A stretch of 48,237 nt of DNA from Anaerotignum sp. (GCA_963626225.1 CAVFWX010000002.1:1-48237), one strand, 5' to 3'. Counted from the stretch's first letter, positions 16,745-25,718 are shown. Notes: generated by a model not told the origin, from the letters alone. A program made the numbers and translations.

Positions 16745-17497
16745 ATGGCACGTAGACCTATTATTGCTGGTAACTGGAAGATGAACAACACTATTGCTGA
16801 GGGCGTAGCTCTGATTAAGGATCTGGCTCCTCTGGTTGCTGATGTTAAGGACGTTGACATCGTAGCTTGCCCAACTGCTACTGCTCTGGCATCTGTAGCT
16901 GAGGCTGCAAAGGGCACCAACATCCATATCGGTGCACAGAATGTTCATTGGGAGCCAAAGGGAGCTTTCACTGGCGAGATTTCCACCGGCATGCTGACTG
17001 AGATCGGCGTTGAGTATTGCGTACTTGGTCATTCCGAGCGTCGTGACTACTTCGGTGAGACCGATGAGGGTGTAAACAAGCGTGCAAAGGCTGCTTATGC
17101 TGCCGGCATCACTCCTATCATCTGCTGCGGCGAGTCCCTGGAGATCCGCGAGGCTGGCAACTACATCGACCATGTAGTATCCCAGATCAACGCTGCTCTG
17201 GAAGGCTTCACTGCTGAGGACGTAGCAAAGCTGGTTATTGCTTATGAGCCAATCTGGGCTATCGGCACTGGCAAGACTGCTACCTTCGAGCAGGCTGAGG
17301 AAGTTTGCAAGGCTATCCGTGAGGCTGTTGCTAAGAAGTTCAACCAGACTGCTGCAGATGCAATCCGCATTCAGTACGGCGGCTCCGTAAAGCCAGCTAC
17401 CATCAAGGATCTCATGGCTCAGCCAAATGTTGATGGTGCCCTGGTAGGCGGTGCTTCCCTGAAGGCTGCTGACTTCAGCGCAATCGTTAAGTTCTAA
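16745..17497 (+). CDS. tpiA: Triose-phosphate isomerase
   Basis: AGNWKMN, LGHSERR, AYEPIWAIGTG, YGGSVK, LVGGASL. Confidence 0.98.
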   Translation: MARRPIIAGNWKMNNTIAEGVALIKDLAPLVADVKDVDIVACPTATALASVAEAAKGTNIHIGAQNVHWEPKGAFTGEISTGMLTEIGVEYCVLGHSERRDYFGETDEGVNKRAKAAYAAGITPIICCGESLEIREAGNYIDHVVSQINAALEGFTAEDVAKLVIAYEPIWAIGTGKTATFEQAEEVCKAIREAVAKKFNQTAADAIRIQYGGSVKPATIKDLMAQPNVDGALVGGASLKAADFSAIVKF

Positions 17498-17525
17498 TCT
17501 AGTATACTAGAAAGCAAGGTTTATA

Positions 17526-19058
17526 ATGGCAAAGTTGAAAAATGCTCCTGTAGCATTGATTATTATGGATGGCTATGGCTATGGCAATACTGCTGATCCA
17601 AACAACGCTGTCCAGATTGCAAATACCCCTGTCATTGATGGGCTGAGACAGAAGTTCCCAGCTACCCACATCTTCGCTTCCGGCGAGTATGTAGGTTTGC
17701 CAGATGGACAGATGGGTAACTCCGAGGTTGGTCATACCAATATCGGTGCAGGCCGGATTATCTATCAGGCACTGACCCGTATTACCAAGGCCATCAAGGA
17801 CGGAGATTTCTTTGAGAACAAGGCTCTGCTGAGCGTAACTGATGCTGTCAAGGCTGAGGGTGGTGCACTCCACCTGATGGGACTGCTTTCTCCAGGCGGT
17901 GTACACAGCCATAGCGAGCATCTTTACGGCCTCTTAGAGCTGGCCAAGAAGCAGGGGATCCAGAAGGTCTATGTACATGGCTTCCTGGATGGCCGTGACG
18001 TGGATCCTTCCTCTGCTGCCGAGTATGTAGCTGAGCTCCAGGCCAAGATCGACGAGATTGGCTGCGGCACTATTGCTACTCTTTCCGGCCGTTATTATGC
18101 AATGGACCGTGACAACCGCTGGGAGCGTGTTCAGAAGGCCTATGACGCTGTTGCCAAGGGCGAGGGCGTTGCCGCTGAGGATGCTGTTGAGGCTGTCAAG
18201 GCTTCCTATGCCAACGAAGTAACTGATGAGTTCGTAGTTCCTGTTGTTGTTGGGGACTACCAGGGCGTAAATGCCGGTGACGGTGTGATTTTCTTCAACT
18301 TCCGTCCTGACCGTGCCCGTGAGCTCACCCATGCCTTTACTGATACTGAGTTCTCCGGCTTCCCTCGCAAGGAAGTTAAGCTGGCATTTGCCACCATGAC
18401 CCAGTATGAGGAGGGCCTCAATGTACAGGTGGCATATCCGCCTGAGTCCATTGAGAACACCTTGGGTGCATATATTGCCAAGAACGGCATGACCCAGCTC
18501 CGCATTGCAGAGACTGAGAAGTATGCCCATGTAACCTTCTTCTTCAACGGCGGTGTTGAGGAGCCTTATGAGGGTGAGGATCGCATTTTGGTTCCATCCC
18601 CTAAGGTTGCTACCTATGATCTGCAGCCAGAGATGAGCGCTCTGGAGGTAACTGATAAGGTAGTAGAGGCTATCAAGTCCGGCAAGTATGACTTTATCAT
18701 CCTGAACTATGCAAATGGCGACATGGTAGGTCATACCGGTGTAATCCCTGCAGCTGTTAAGGCTGTAGAGACTGTTGACACCTGCGTCGGCCGTTTCGTA
18801 GAGGCTATCCGTGAGGTAGGCGGTGAGGTATGTATCACTGCTGACCATGGCAATGCCGATCAGATGGTTGACCCAGAGACCGGTGCACCATTTACTGCAC
18901 ATACCACCAACCCGGTTCCATTTATCGTGGTTTCCGATCGGGTAGGCTGGATTGCTGATGAAGGTGCCCTGTGTGATATTGCACCAACTCTGCTGACTCT
19001 GGCAGGCATGGAGATTCCTGCTGAGATGACTGGCAGCAGCCTGGTAAAAATCAAGTAA
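17526..19058 (+). CDS. gpmI: 2,3-bisphosphoglycerate-independent phosphoglycerate mutase
   Basis: GQMGNSEVGH, GRYYAMDRD, AETEKYAHVTFFFNGG, DMVGHTG, TADHGNA. Confidence 0.98.
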   Translation: MAKLKNAPVALIIMDGYGYGNTADPNNAVQIANTPVIDGLRQKFPATHIFASGEYVGLPDGQMGNSEVGHTNIGAGRIIYQALTRITKAIKDGDFFENKALLSVTDAVKAEGGALHLMGLLSPGGVHSHSEHLYGLLELAKKQGIQKVYVHGFLDGRDVDPSSAAEYVAELQAKIDEIGCGTIATLSGRYYAMDRDNRWERVQKAYDAVAKGEGVAAEDAVEAVKASYANEVTDEFVVPVVVGDYQGVNAGDGVIFFNFRPDRARELTHAFTDTEFSGFPRKEVKLAFATMTQYEEGLNVQVAYPPESIENTLGAYIAKNGMTQLRIAETEKYAHVTFFFNGGVEEPYEGEDRILVPSPKVATYDLQPEMSALEVTDKVVEAIKSGKYDFIILNYANGDMVGHTGVIPAAVKAVETVDTCVGRFVEAIREVGGEVCITADHGNADQMVDPETGAPFTAHTTNPVPFIVVSDRVGWIADEGALCDIAPTLLTLAGMEIPAEMTGSSLVKIK

Positions 19059-19159
19059 TCAGCCCTGCTTGCAGGGTTATTGGATCCGGGGCTACGGAGT
19101 TGTGACCTGTAGCCCCAAGGGATCCGTGTATTATAATTTAGTGAAGAGAGGAATACGAA

Positions 19160-19855
19160 ATGATTTATTATGATAAGCATGTTGAAGACATGACTTGCAT
19201 TGCCAAAGAAGTAAACCATGGTCCAGCTCCAATTCCAGAAGAGGGCCAGTGGGTACAGTCCAAGGAAGTTAAGGATATCAGCGGCCTGACCCATGGTGTA
19301 GGCTGGTGTGCTCCTCAGCAGGGTGCCTGCAAGCTGACCTTGAATGTCAAGGAAGGTATCATTGAGGAAGCTCTGGTTGAGACTGTTGGCTGCTCCGGCA
19401 TGACTCATTCTGCAGCTATGGCTGCTGAGATCCTGCCAGGCAAGACCATCCTGGAAGCCCTGAACACTGACCTGGTTTGCGATGCTATCAACACTGCTAT
19501 GCGTGAGCTGTTCCTGCAGATTGTATATGGCCGTACCCAGACTGCATTCTCTGACAACGGTCTGCCTGTAGGTGCTGGCCTGGACGATCTGGGCAAGGGT
19601 CTCCGCAGCCAGGTAGGTACTTTGTATTCCACAAAGCTTAAGGGTCCTCGTTACCTCGAATTGGCAGAGGGTTATGTTACCCGTCTCGCTATCGATGCAG
19701 AAGACCGCGTAATCGGTTATGAAGTTGTACAGCTGGGCAAGGCTATGGAGGCTATCAAGGCTGGCACTGATGCCAATGAGGCAATCAAGGCCAACACCTC
19801 CACCAAGGGCCGCTTCGCTGATGCTGCTCGCTACATCGATCCTCGTAAAGAATAA
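19160..19855 (+). CDS. NifU/IscU-like Fe-S scaffold-fold protein, partner of the GGGtGRT protein
   Basis: GWCAPQQGACKLTLNVK, ETVGCSGMTHSA, LNTDLVCDAINTAMRE; conserved-looking cysteines; adjacent to the GGGtGRT gene. Confidence 0.8.
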   Translation: MIYYDKHVEDMTCIAKEVNHGPAPIPEEGQWVQSKEVKDISGLTHGVGWCAPQQGACKLTLNVKEGIIEEALVETVGCSGMTHSAAMAAEILPGKTILEALNTDLVCDAINTAMRELFLQIVYGRTQTAFSDNGLPVGAGLDDLGKGLRSQVGTLYSTKLKGPRYLELAEGYVTRLAIDAEDRVIGYEVVQLGKAMEAIKAGTDANEAIKANTSTKGRFADAARYIDPRKE

Positions 19856-19886
19856 TTTGAGATAATAGGAAGGACTGAAATAGAAA

Positions 19887-20888
19887 ATGGCATTATTTGA
19901 AGGCTATGAGCGCCGTATTGACGGTATCAACGAAGTTTGTAAGAAATACGACATTCCATCCATTGAAGCAGCTGCTGACATCTGCAAGGAGAAGGGCTTT
20001 GACCCTGCAGCTATCGTAGCTGACCTGCAGCCAATCTGCTTCGAGAACGCAAAGTGGGCCTACACCCTCGGTGCAGCTATTGCTGTAAAGAAGGGCTGCA
20101 CTAACGCTGTAGACGCTGCCAAGGCTATTGGCGAAGGCCTCCAGGCTTTCTGCGTACCAGGTTCTGTTGCTGACCACCGCAAGGTAGGTCTGGGCCACGG
20201 CAATCTGGCAGCTATGCTCCTCTCCGAGGATTCCGGCTGCTTCGCATTCCTGGCTGGCCACGAGTCCTTTGCTGCTGCAGAGGGTGCTATCGGTATTGCA
20301 CAGACTGCTAATAAGGTTCGTAAGAACCCTCTCCGTGTAATCCTCAACGGCCTGGGCAAGGATGCTGCACAGATCATTTCCCGTATCAACGGCTTTACCT
20401 ATGTTCAGACTCAGTATGACTACAAGGCTGGCAAGGTAAATGTAGTTCGTGAGGTTGCTTATTCCGATGGCCCTCGTTCCAAGGTTAAGTGCTACGGTGC
20501 TGACTCCGTTCCAGAGGGTGTTGCTATCATGCATCTGGAGGATGTTGATATCTCCATTACTGGTAACTCCACCAACCCTACCCGCTTCCAGCATCCAGTA
20601 GCTGGTACCTACAAGAAGGAGCGTCTCGAGGAAGGCAAGAAGTACTTCTCCGTAGCTTCCGGCGGCGGTACTGGCCGTACCCTGCATCCAGATAACATGG
20701 CTGCAGGCCCTGCATCCTATGGTATGACCGATACCCTCGGCCGTATGCATTCCGATGCTCAGTTTGCTGGTTCTTCCTCCGTACCTGCTCATGTAGACAT
20801 GATGGGCCTCATTGGTGCTGGTAACAACCCAATGGTTGGTATGTCTGTTGCAGTAGCAGTTGCTGTACAGGAAGCAATGGCAAAATAA
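19887..20888 (+). CDS. GGGtGRT family protein, function unknown
   Basis: SVASGGGTGRTLHPDNMAAGPASYG signature; LQPICFENA; FLAGHESFAAAEGA. Confidence 0.92.
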   Translation: MALFEGYERRIDGINEVCKKYDIPSIEAAADICKEKGFDPAAIVADLQPICFENAKWAYTLGAAIAVKKGCTNAVDAAKAIGEGLQAFCVPGSVADHRKVGLGHGNLAAMLLSEDSGCFAFLAGHESFAAAEGAIGIAQTANKVRKNPLRVILNGLGKDAAQIISRINGFTYVQTQYDYKAGKVNVVREVAYSDGPRSKVKCYGADSVPEGVAIMHLEDVDISITGNSTNPTRFQHPVAGTYKKERLEEGKKYFSVASGGGTGRTLHPDNMAAGPASYGMTDTLGRMHSDAQFAGSSSVPAHVDMMGLIGAGNNPMVGMSVAVAVAVQEAMAK

Positions 20889-20917
20889 TCCATTTACGGA
20901 TTCTTAGCTTAAAGATA

Positions 20918-20950
20918 GGCAGCTCCCGGATTTCCGGGGGCTGTTTTTTT
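20918..20950 (+). terminator. Intrinsic terminator ending the glycolysis/GGGtGRT unit
   Basis: GGCAGCTCCCGG-attt-CCGGGGGCTGTT followed by a T run. Confidence 0.85.
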
Positions 20951-20954
20951 GACC

Positions 20955-20983
20955 TTGTCTTTCCACTGGTATTATGCTAAAAT
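20955..20983 (+). promoter_or_regulatory. Sigma-A promoter of the Y-family polymerase gene
   Basis: TTGTCT-17 nt-TAAAAT with TG extension. Confidence 0.6.
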
Positions 20984-21018
20984 AGCTCAAACATAGATAT
21001 CATCTGGGAGGTGGGAGT

Positions 21019-22530
21019 GTGGAGGAAAAGCAGCGGACATATATTGCCATAGATTTGAAGTCCTTTTATGCCTCGGTGGAATGTCGGGAAAGGGGGCTGG
21101 ATCCACTGGACACAAATTTAGTGGTAGCTGACGAAAGTCGTACGGATAAAACTATTTGTCTTGCCGTAACACCTTCATTGAAATCCTTCGGCATACCGGG
21201 TCGGGCACGGCTTTTTCAGGTGCGGCAGAAGGTCAGGGAGGTAAATTCCTTGCGGCGGTACAAGGCTGATAAAAGGACATTTACGGGAAAATCCTGCCAG
21301 CATGGAGAGCTGAAACGAAACAAGAATCTGGAACTAGATTTTCTCATTGCTCCCCCTCGCATGGCGTTATATATGGAGTACAGCACTCGGATTTATGCCA
21401 TATATATGAAATATGTATCGCCAGAGGATATGATTGTATATTCCATAGACGAGGTATTTATGGATGTGACAAATTATCTGGGGACATATAGAATTTCACC
21501 TCATGACCTAGCCATGAGGATTATTTTGGATGTGCTGAAAAATACCGGCATTACCGCTACTGCCGGCATAGGCACCAACCTTTATTTGTGCAAGGTAGCC
21601 ATGGATGTCATGGCAAAGCATATTCCTGCGGATGAAAATGGCGTTCGGATAGCCCAGCTGGATGAAATGACCTACAGGAGAGAGCTGTGGAGTCATCGCC
21701 CTATTACGGATTTTTGGCGGGTGGGGCCGGGCTATGCCAAAAGGCTAAAGGCTTACGGTATCTTTACCATGGGGGATGTAGCCAGGTGCTCAGAGCAAAA
21801 TGAGGATTTGCTATATCGGCTTTTGGGCAAAAATGCGGAGCTGCTTATAGACCATGCCTGGGGCTGGGAGCCTTGCGGAATTGCTGACGTAAAGGTTTAT
21901 GCCCCTGGTAACAACAGCCTTAGCAATGGTCAAGTGCTGCAATGTGCCTACAATGCTGCCAAGGCAGAAATTGTCCTGAAGGAAATGGCGGACAGTCTCA
22001 GCTTGGATTTAGTAGATAAGGGCTTGGTAACGGATCAGTTGGTGGTAACAGTAGGCTATGATATTGAAAATCTTTTGGATCCTGGGCGAAATGCCGTCTA
22101 TCACGGGGAAATTGTCACTGACCGCTATGGCAGGAAAATCCCCAAGCACGCCCATGGCACTATCAACCTAGGAGAATATACTGCGTCGACCAGAAAACTG
22201 GTAGCTGCAGCGGCTGAACTCTATAGGCAGATTATAGATGCAAATCTCCTAATCAGGCGTATGACGGTGGTAGCCAACCATGTCATCAGGGAATTTGAAA
22301 TTCCTGTAAAAAGGGAAGAACCTCAGCAGCTGGATTTATTTCAGGATTGTGTCCAGGTACAGCAGGCGGAAAAGCAGAAAATCAGCAGGGAAAAGGAAAA
22401 GCGGCTGCAGGAGGCATCTCTTGCTATCAAGCGAAGATTTGGCAAAAATGCCCTGGTAAAGGGAATGAATCTGCAGGAGGGTGCTACAGGCATGAGCCGC
22501 AACAAGCAGATAGGAGGTCATAAGGCGTGA
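21019..22530 (+). CDS. Y-family translesion DNA polymerase (ImpB/MucB/SamB-UmuC-like)
   Basis: IDLKSFYASVE, YSIDEVFMD, ITATAGIG.NL..CK.A.D, FWRVG; C-terminal QLDLF clamp-binding motif. Confidence 0.92.
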   Translation: MEEKQRTYIAIDLKSFYASVECRERGLDPLDTNLVVADESRTDKTICLAVTPSLKSFGIPGRARLFQVRQKVREVNSLRRYKADKRTFTGKSCQHGELKRNKNLELDFLIAPPRMALYMEYSTRIYAIYMKYVSPEDMIVYSIDEVFMDVTNYLGTYRISPHDLAMRIILDVLKNTGITATAGIGTNLYLCKVAMDVMAKHIPADENGVRIAQLDEMTYRRELWSHRPITDFWRVGPGYAKRLKAYGIFTMGDVARCSEQNEDLLYRLLGKNAELLIDHAWGWEPCGIADVKVYAPGNNSLSNGQVLQCAYNAAKAEIVLKEMADSLSLDLVDKGLVTDQLVVTVGYDIENLLDPGRNAVYHGEIVTDRYGRKIPKHAHGTINLGEYTASTRKLVAAAAELYRQIIDANLLIRRMTVVANHVIREFEIPVKREEPQQLDLFQDCVQVQQAEKQKISREKEKRLQEASLAIKRRFGKNALVKGMNLQEGATGMSRNKQIGGHKA

Positions 22531-22718
22531 ATGGATACGAGGATATCATCAATCACCCCCATTATGTTTCAAAGAAACGTCCCCAGATGTCCAGGTCGGA
22601 CCGGGCGGCTCAGTTTTCTCCCTTTGCAGCCTTGGTAGGACATGAGGAGGCACTGGCAGCCAAGGAACAGCAGATAAATGATCTTTTTGCTGATGAGGGG
22701 ATAAGAAATCACGAATAA
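22527..22718 (+). CDS. Short YolD-like polymerase accessory protein (63 aa)
   Basis: YEDIINHPH..SKKRPQMS..DRAAQFSPFAAL.G motif; start overlaps the polymerase stop (GTGA). Confidence 0.75.
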   Translation: MNGYEDIINHPHYVSKKRPQMSRSDRAAQFSPFAALVGHEEALAAKEQQINDLFADEGIRNHE

Positions 22719-22731
22719 AATATATCTTTTA

Positions 22732-22760
22732 TTGACAAATGATATGCTTGCATATATAGT
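22732..22760 (+). promoter_or_regulatory. Sigma-A promoter of the ROK gene
   Basis: TTGACA-17 nt-TATAGT. Confidence 0.7.
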
Positions 22761-22799
22761 GATAGCAGAAATAATATTACAAGCAAAGGGGAAGATATT

Positions 22800-23687
22800 A
22801 TGGCAATTTTGGCATTTGATGCAGGGGGCAGCAGCGTAAAGCATGCAGTAATCGACAGGGATGGCAGGATTTTGACAAAGGGAAAATTTCCTACTCCTGC
22901 CACCTTGGAGGAATTTTTGGCTGGTTATAGCAGGGTCAAGGCGGAATACGCAGCTCAGTATCAGCTGGAAGGAGCAGGCTGTAGCATGCCGGGAGCAGTG
23001 GATGATGGAGCAGGTGTAATTGGCAGTGTAAGCTCCATACCTTATATTCACAATTTCAATATTAAGATAGAGCTAGAGAAGGTACTGGAGCTGCCTGTGT
23101 CCATGGAAAATGATGCCAACTGTGCTGCCCTTGGTGAGGCATGGGTAGGCAGCGGGCAGGAGTATCAGGATATGCTTTTTCTGGTTATTGGCAGTGGCGT
23201 AGGCGGTGCTGTGGTGAAGGATAAGCGGATTCATCATGGCAGGCATTTCCTAGGGGGAGAATTTGGCTTTATGGCAGTGGATGACCAAGGCACTATCCTC
23301 AGTGAGGCTGGTTCCACTCGTGCTCTGGCAGAGTCTGTGGCCAAGGCAAAAGGGCTGCCACTGACGAAAATGAATGGGGAAAAGGTTTTTGCCCTGCTGG
23401 AGCAGGGGGATGAGGATGCCGCCAAGGCGGTGGATAATATGTATATGGTGCTGGCAAGAACTATATACAATCTCCAATATTCATTTGATCCGGAGATCTT
23501 TGTGCTGGGGGGAGCCATTAGCGAACGAGCAGATTTCGCCCAGCAGATAAATGACCGTATAGAGTATATTATCAAGCAGGTAGGCATAGCCACCGTAAAG
23601 CCAGTGGTTACCTGCTGTAAACATGGCAACGATGCAAACCTACTGGGAGCTGTATATGATTTTGTGACCAAGCATAAACAAAATTAA
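22800..23687 (+). CDS. ROK family sugar kinase
   Basis: AFDAGGS, SMPGAV, ENDANCAALGE, IGSGVGGA, GGEFG, GNDANLLGA; no HTH. Confidence 0.92.
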   Translation: MAILAFDAGGSSVKHAVIDRDGRILTKGKFPTPATLEEFLAGYSRVKAEYAAQYQLEGAGCSMPGAVDDGAGVIGSVSSIPYIHNFNIKIELEKVLELPVSMENDANCAALGEAWVGSGQEYQDMLFLVIGSGVGGAVVKDKRIHHGRHFLGGEFGFMAVDDQGTILSEAGSTRALAESVAKAKGLPLTKMNGEKVFALLEQGDEDAAKAVDNMYMVLARTIYNLQYSFDPEIFVLGGAISERADFAQQINDRIEYIIKQVGIATVKPVVTCCKHGNDANLLGAVYDFVTKHKQN

Positions 23688-23701
23688 ATTTGAAACTTGG
23701 T

Positions 23702-23730
23702 AGGAGCTGTCCGGAAGGATGGCTCTTTTT
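23702..23730 (+). terminator. Intrinsic terminator after the ROK gene
   Basis: AGGAGCTGTCC-ggaa-GGATGGCTCTTTTT. Confidence 0.75.
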
Positions 23731-23775
23731 GTTCAAATTTTACGGAAGTTTAACTGAGATTTTGCTTATCTGCTA

Positions 23776-23831
23776 TTGAAAATCTCCATGGATAGCTATA
23801 TACTAAGGTAATCTGATTTGATAGCTATATA
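23776..23831 (+). promoter_or_regulatory. MFS gene promoter with a duplicated operator-like 12-mer
   Basis: TTGAAA-17 nt-TATACT; GATAGCTATATA at 23791-23802 and at 23820-23831. Confidence 0.6.
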
Positions 23832-23864
23832 TTGCTGTTTTGCAATTAGAAAGGAGAGATACAG

Positions 23865-25052
23865 ATGAGTGAAAATACCCAGGAAAGACTGACCATGAAG
23901 CAATGGCTACCGCTGATTGGCATGAGCTTTGCGGCCTTCCTGTTTAATACTTCTGAATTTATGCCGGTGGGATTGCTGTCCACCATTGCTGAGGATTTTG
24001 CCATGACAGAGGCAGAAATCGGCAGAATCGTATCCATATATGCCTGGTTGGTCATGGTGCTTTCCATGCCCCTCATGGTTATGGCATCAAAGTACAGTAT
24101 GAGAACCTTGATACTGGGCACCATCGGCATCTTTATCGTGTCCAACAGCCTGGCTTCCATGGCAACGGATTTTTGGAGCCTGCTGGGAGCACGGCTGGTG
24201 CTGACTGTCGGTCACGCCGTATATTGGTCCATTGCTACACCAGCGGCAGTGCGGCTGGTGGCACCACAGTTCAAGGCTGTAGCTATGAGTATGCTGATAG
24301 CAGGCTCTTCACTGGCTACTATTTTGGGGCTGCCTATTGGCCGGGTTATAGGCCTACAGCTGGGCTGGCGTATGTCCTTCTTTTCCTTGGCGGCTGTGGC
24401 AGCCTGCATCATTGTTTATATGTTTTTCTTCTTTCCAAAGATGGAAAAGACGGAGCCCTTTTCCTTCAAGCAGTTGCCAGAGCTGTTCAAGAACAAGGTT
24501 CTTCTAGGGCTTTATGGCATTACCATTTTGATTCCTACGGCCCAATATGCTTCCTACAGCTATATTGAACCATTTATGAAATATGTGGTGCAGATGTCGG
24601 ACAATACTGTCACAATGGCACTGGTTATTATCGGTTTTGCTGGTTTTTCAGGCAGTATTATATATACAAAGCTTTATGACAGGTATGCTAATTCCTTCTT
24701 GCCAATTTCTTTGATGGGCATGACTGTGGTGCTGCTGTCCCTGCATCTTGCTTCCTATAATGAATTTGTTTTCCTCGGTCTGTTGATTGTCTGGGGCATT
24801 ATCATGATTTTGTTTGGCATGTCCAGCCAGGCCATGCTGTTGCAGGTTACTACCGTCAGTACAGCACCTGTGGCCATGTCCATTTATTCTGGCATATTCA
24901 ACTTTGGTATCGGCAGTGGCACCTGGGTAGGGGGCATTATTTGCGACCATATCAATATTGCCTACATCGGCTATGGATCCGGGATTTTTGCTGTATTGGG
25001 CACCCTAGGCAGCCTGCTGGTAGTAAAGGAGCTGAATAGGGGCAACTACTAG
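23865..25052 (+). CDS. MFS efflux transporter (SotB/AraJ-like DHA1 family)
   Basis: About 12 hydrophobic segments; FNTSEFMPVGLL, LGLPIGR, YSGIFNFGIGSG. Confidence 0.88.
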   Translation: MSENTQERLTMKQWLPLIGMSFAAFLFNTSEFMPVGLLSTIAEDFAMTEAEIGRIVSIYAWLVMVLSMPLMVMASKYSMRTLILGTIGIFIVSNSLASMATDFWSLLGARLVLTVGHAVYWSIATPAAVRLVAPQFKAVAMSMLIAGSSLATILGLPIGRVIGLQLGWRMSFFSLAAVAACIIVYMFFFFPKMEKTEPFSFKQLPELFKNKVLLGLYGITILIPTAQYASYSYIEPFMKYVVQMSDNTVTMALVIIGFAGFSGSIIYTKLYDRYANSFLPISLMGMTVVLLSLHLASYNEFVFLGLLIVWGIIMILFGMSSQAMLLQVTTVSTAPVAMSIYSGIFNFGIGSGTWVGGIICDHINIAYIGYGSGIFAVLGTLGSLLVVKELNRGNY

Positions 25053-25062
25053 GGAGAATATA

Positions 25063-25091
25063 TTGCACCTGTATGCATGATATGATAAAAT
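25063..25091 (+). promoter_or_regulatory. Sigma-A promoter of the HD gene
   Basis: TTGCAC-17 nt-TAAAAT with TG extension. Confidence 0.6.
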
Positions 25092-25204
25092 ACATTTATG
25101 TGTTTACAGGGGATAGGGGCAGTGAGTCAGAAACCCTGGGGGTTGTATGAGGCTGGCAGATTTGCTGCAGAGCCTGTGGGATTTGGCTAGAGAAAGGAAA
25201 TACT

Positions 25205-25705
25205 ATGGATAAGAAGTTGGCAGACCTAATGTCTGCAATGATTGAATATGACAAGGGTGATGTAAAGCGTATCCAGCATCTCATAAAGGTACATGATTTG
25301 GCGGCTGTCATCGGTACCTTGGAAAAAATGCCTGCTGAGGATCTGTATGTGCTGGAAGCAGCAGCGATTCTCCATGATATTGGCATCCACAAATGTGAGA
25401 AGAAATATCAGAGTTCTGCCGGCAAATATCAGGAGATAGAAGGTCCTGAGGAGGCAGAAAAGCTTCTTTGCCGTAGTGGAAATTTTACCACTGCCCAGAT
25501 TAACCGCATCAAGTATCTCATAGGCCATCATCATACCTATAATGACATTAAAGAGCTGGACTACCAGATTTTGGTTGAGGCGGATTTTATGGTAAACCTT
25601 TACGAGGAAGGCACCTCTCCTAATACGGCAAAGATGGTTATGAAAAATATTTTCAAGACCAAGGCTGGTATCAAGCTGATAACGGATATGTTTGGCATCA
25701 AATAA
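25205..25705 (+). CDS. HD-domain phosphohydrolase
   Basis: RIQHLIKVH, AAILHDIG, GHHHTY, LVEADFMVN. Confidence 0.9.
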   Translation: MDKKLADLMSAMIEYDKGDVKRIQHLIKVHDLAAVIGTLEKMPAEDLYVLEAAAILHDIGIHKCEKKYQSSAGKYQEIEGPEEAEKLLCRSGNFTTAQINRIKYLIGHHHTYNDIKELDYQILVEADFMVNLYEEGTSPNTAKMVMKNIFKTKAGIKLITDMFGIK

Positions 25706-25718
25706 GGATGAAAATACA

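Noticed and set aside
14300..20792. Long antisense ORFs over gap, pgk, tpiA, gpmI and GGGtGRT
   Set aside because: Same codon-bias artefact; the + strand genes carry clear family motifs
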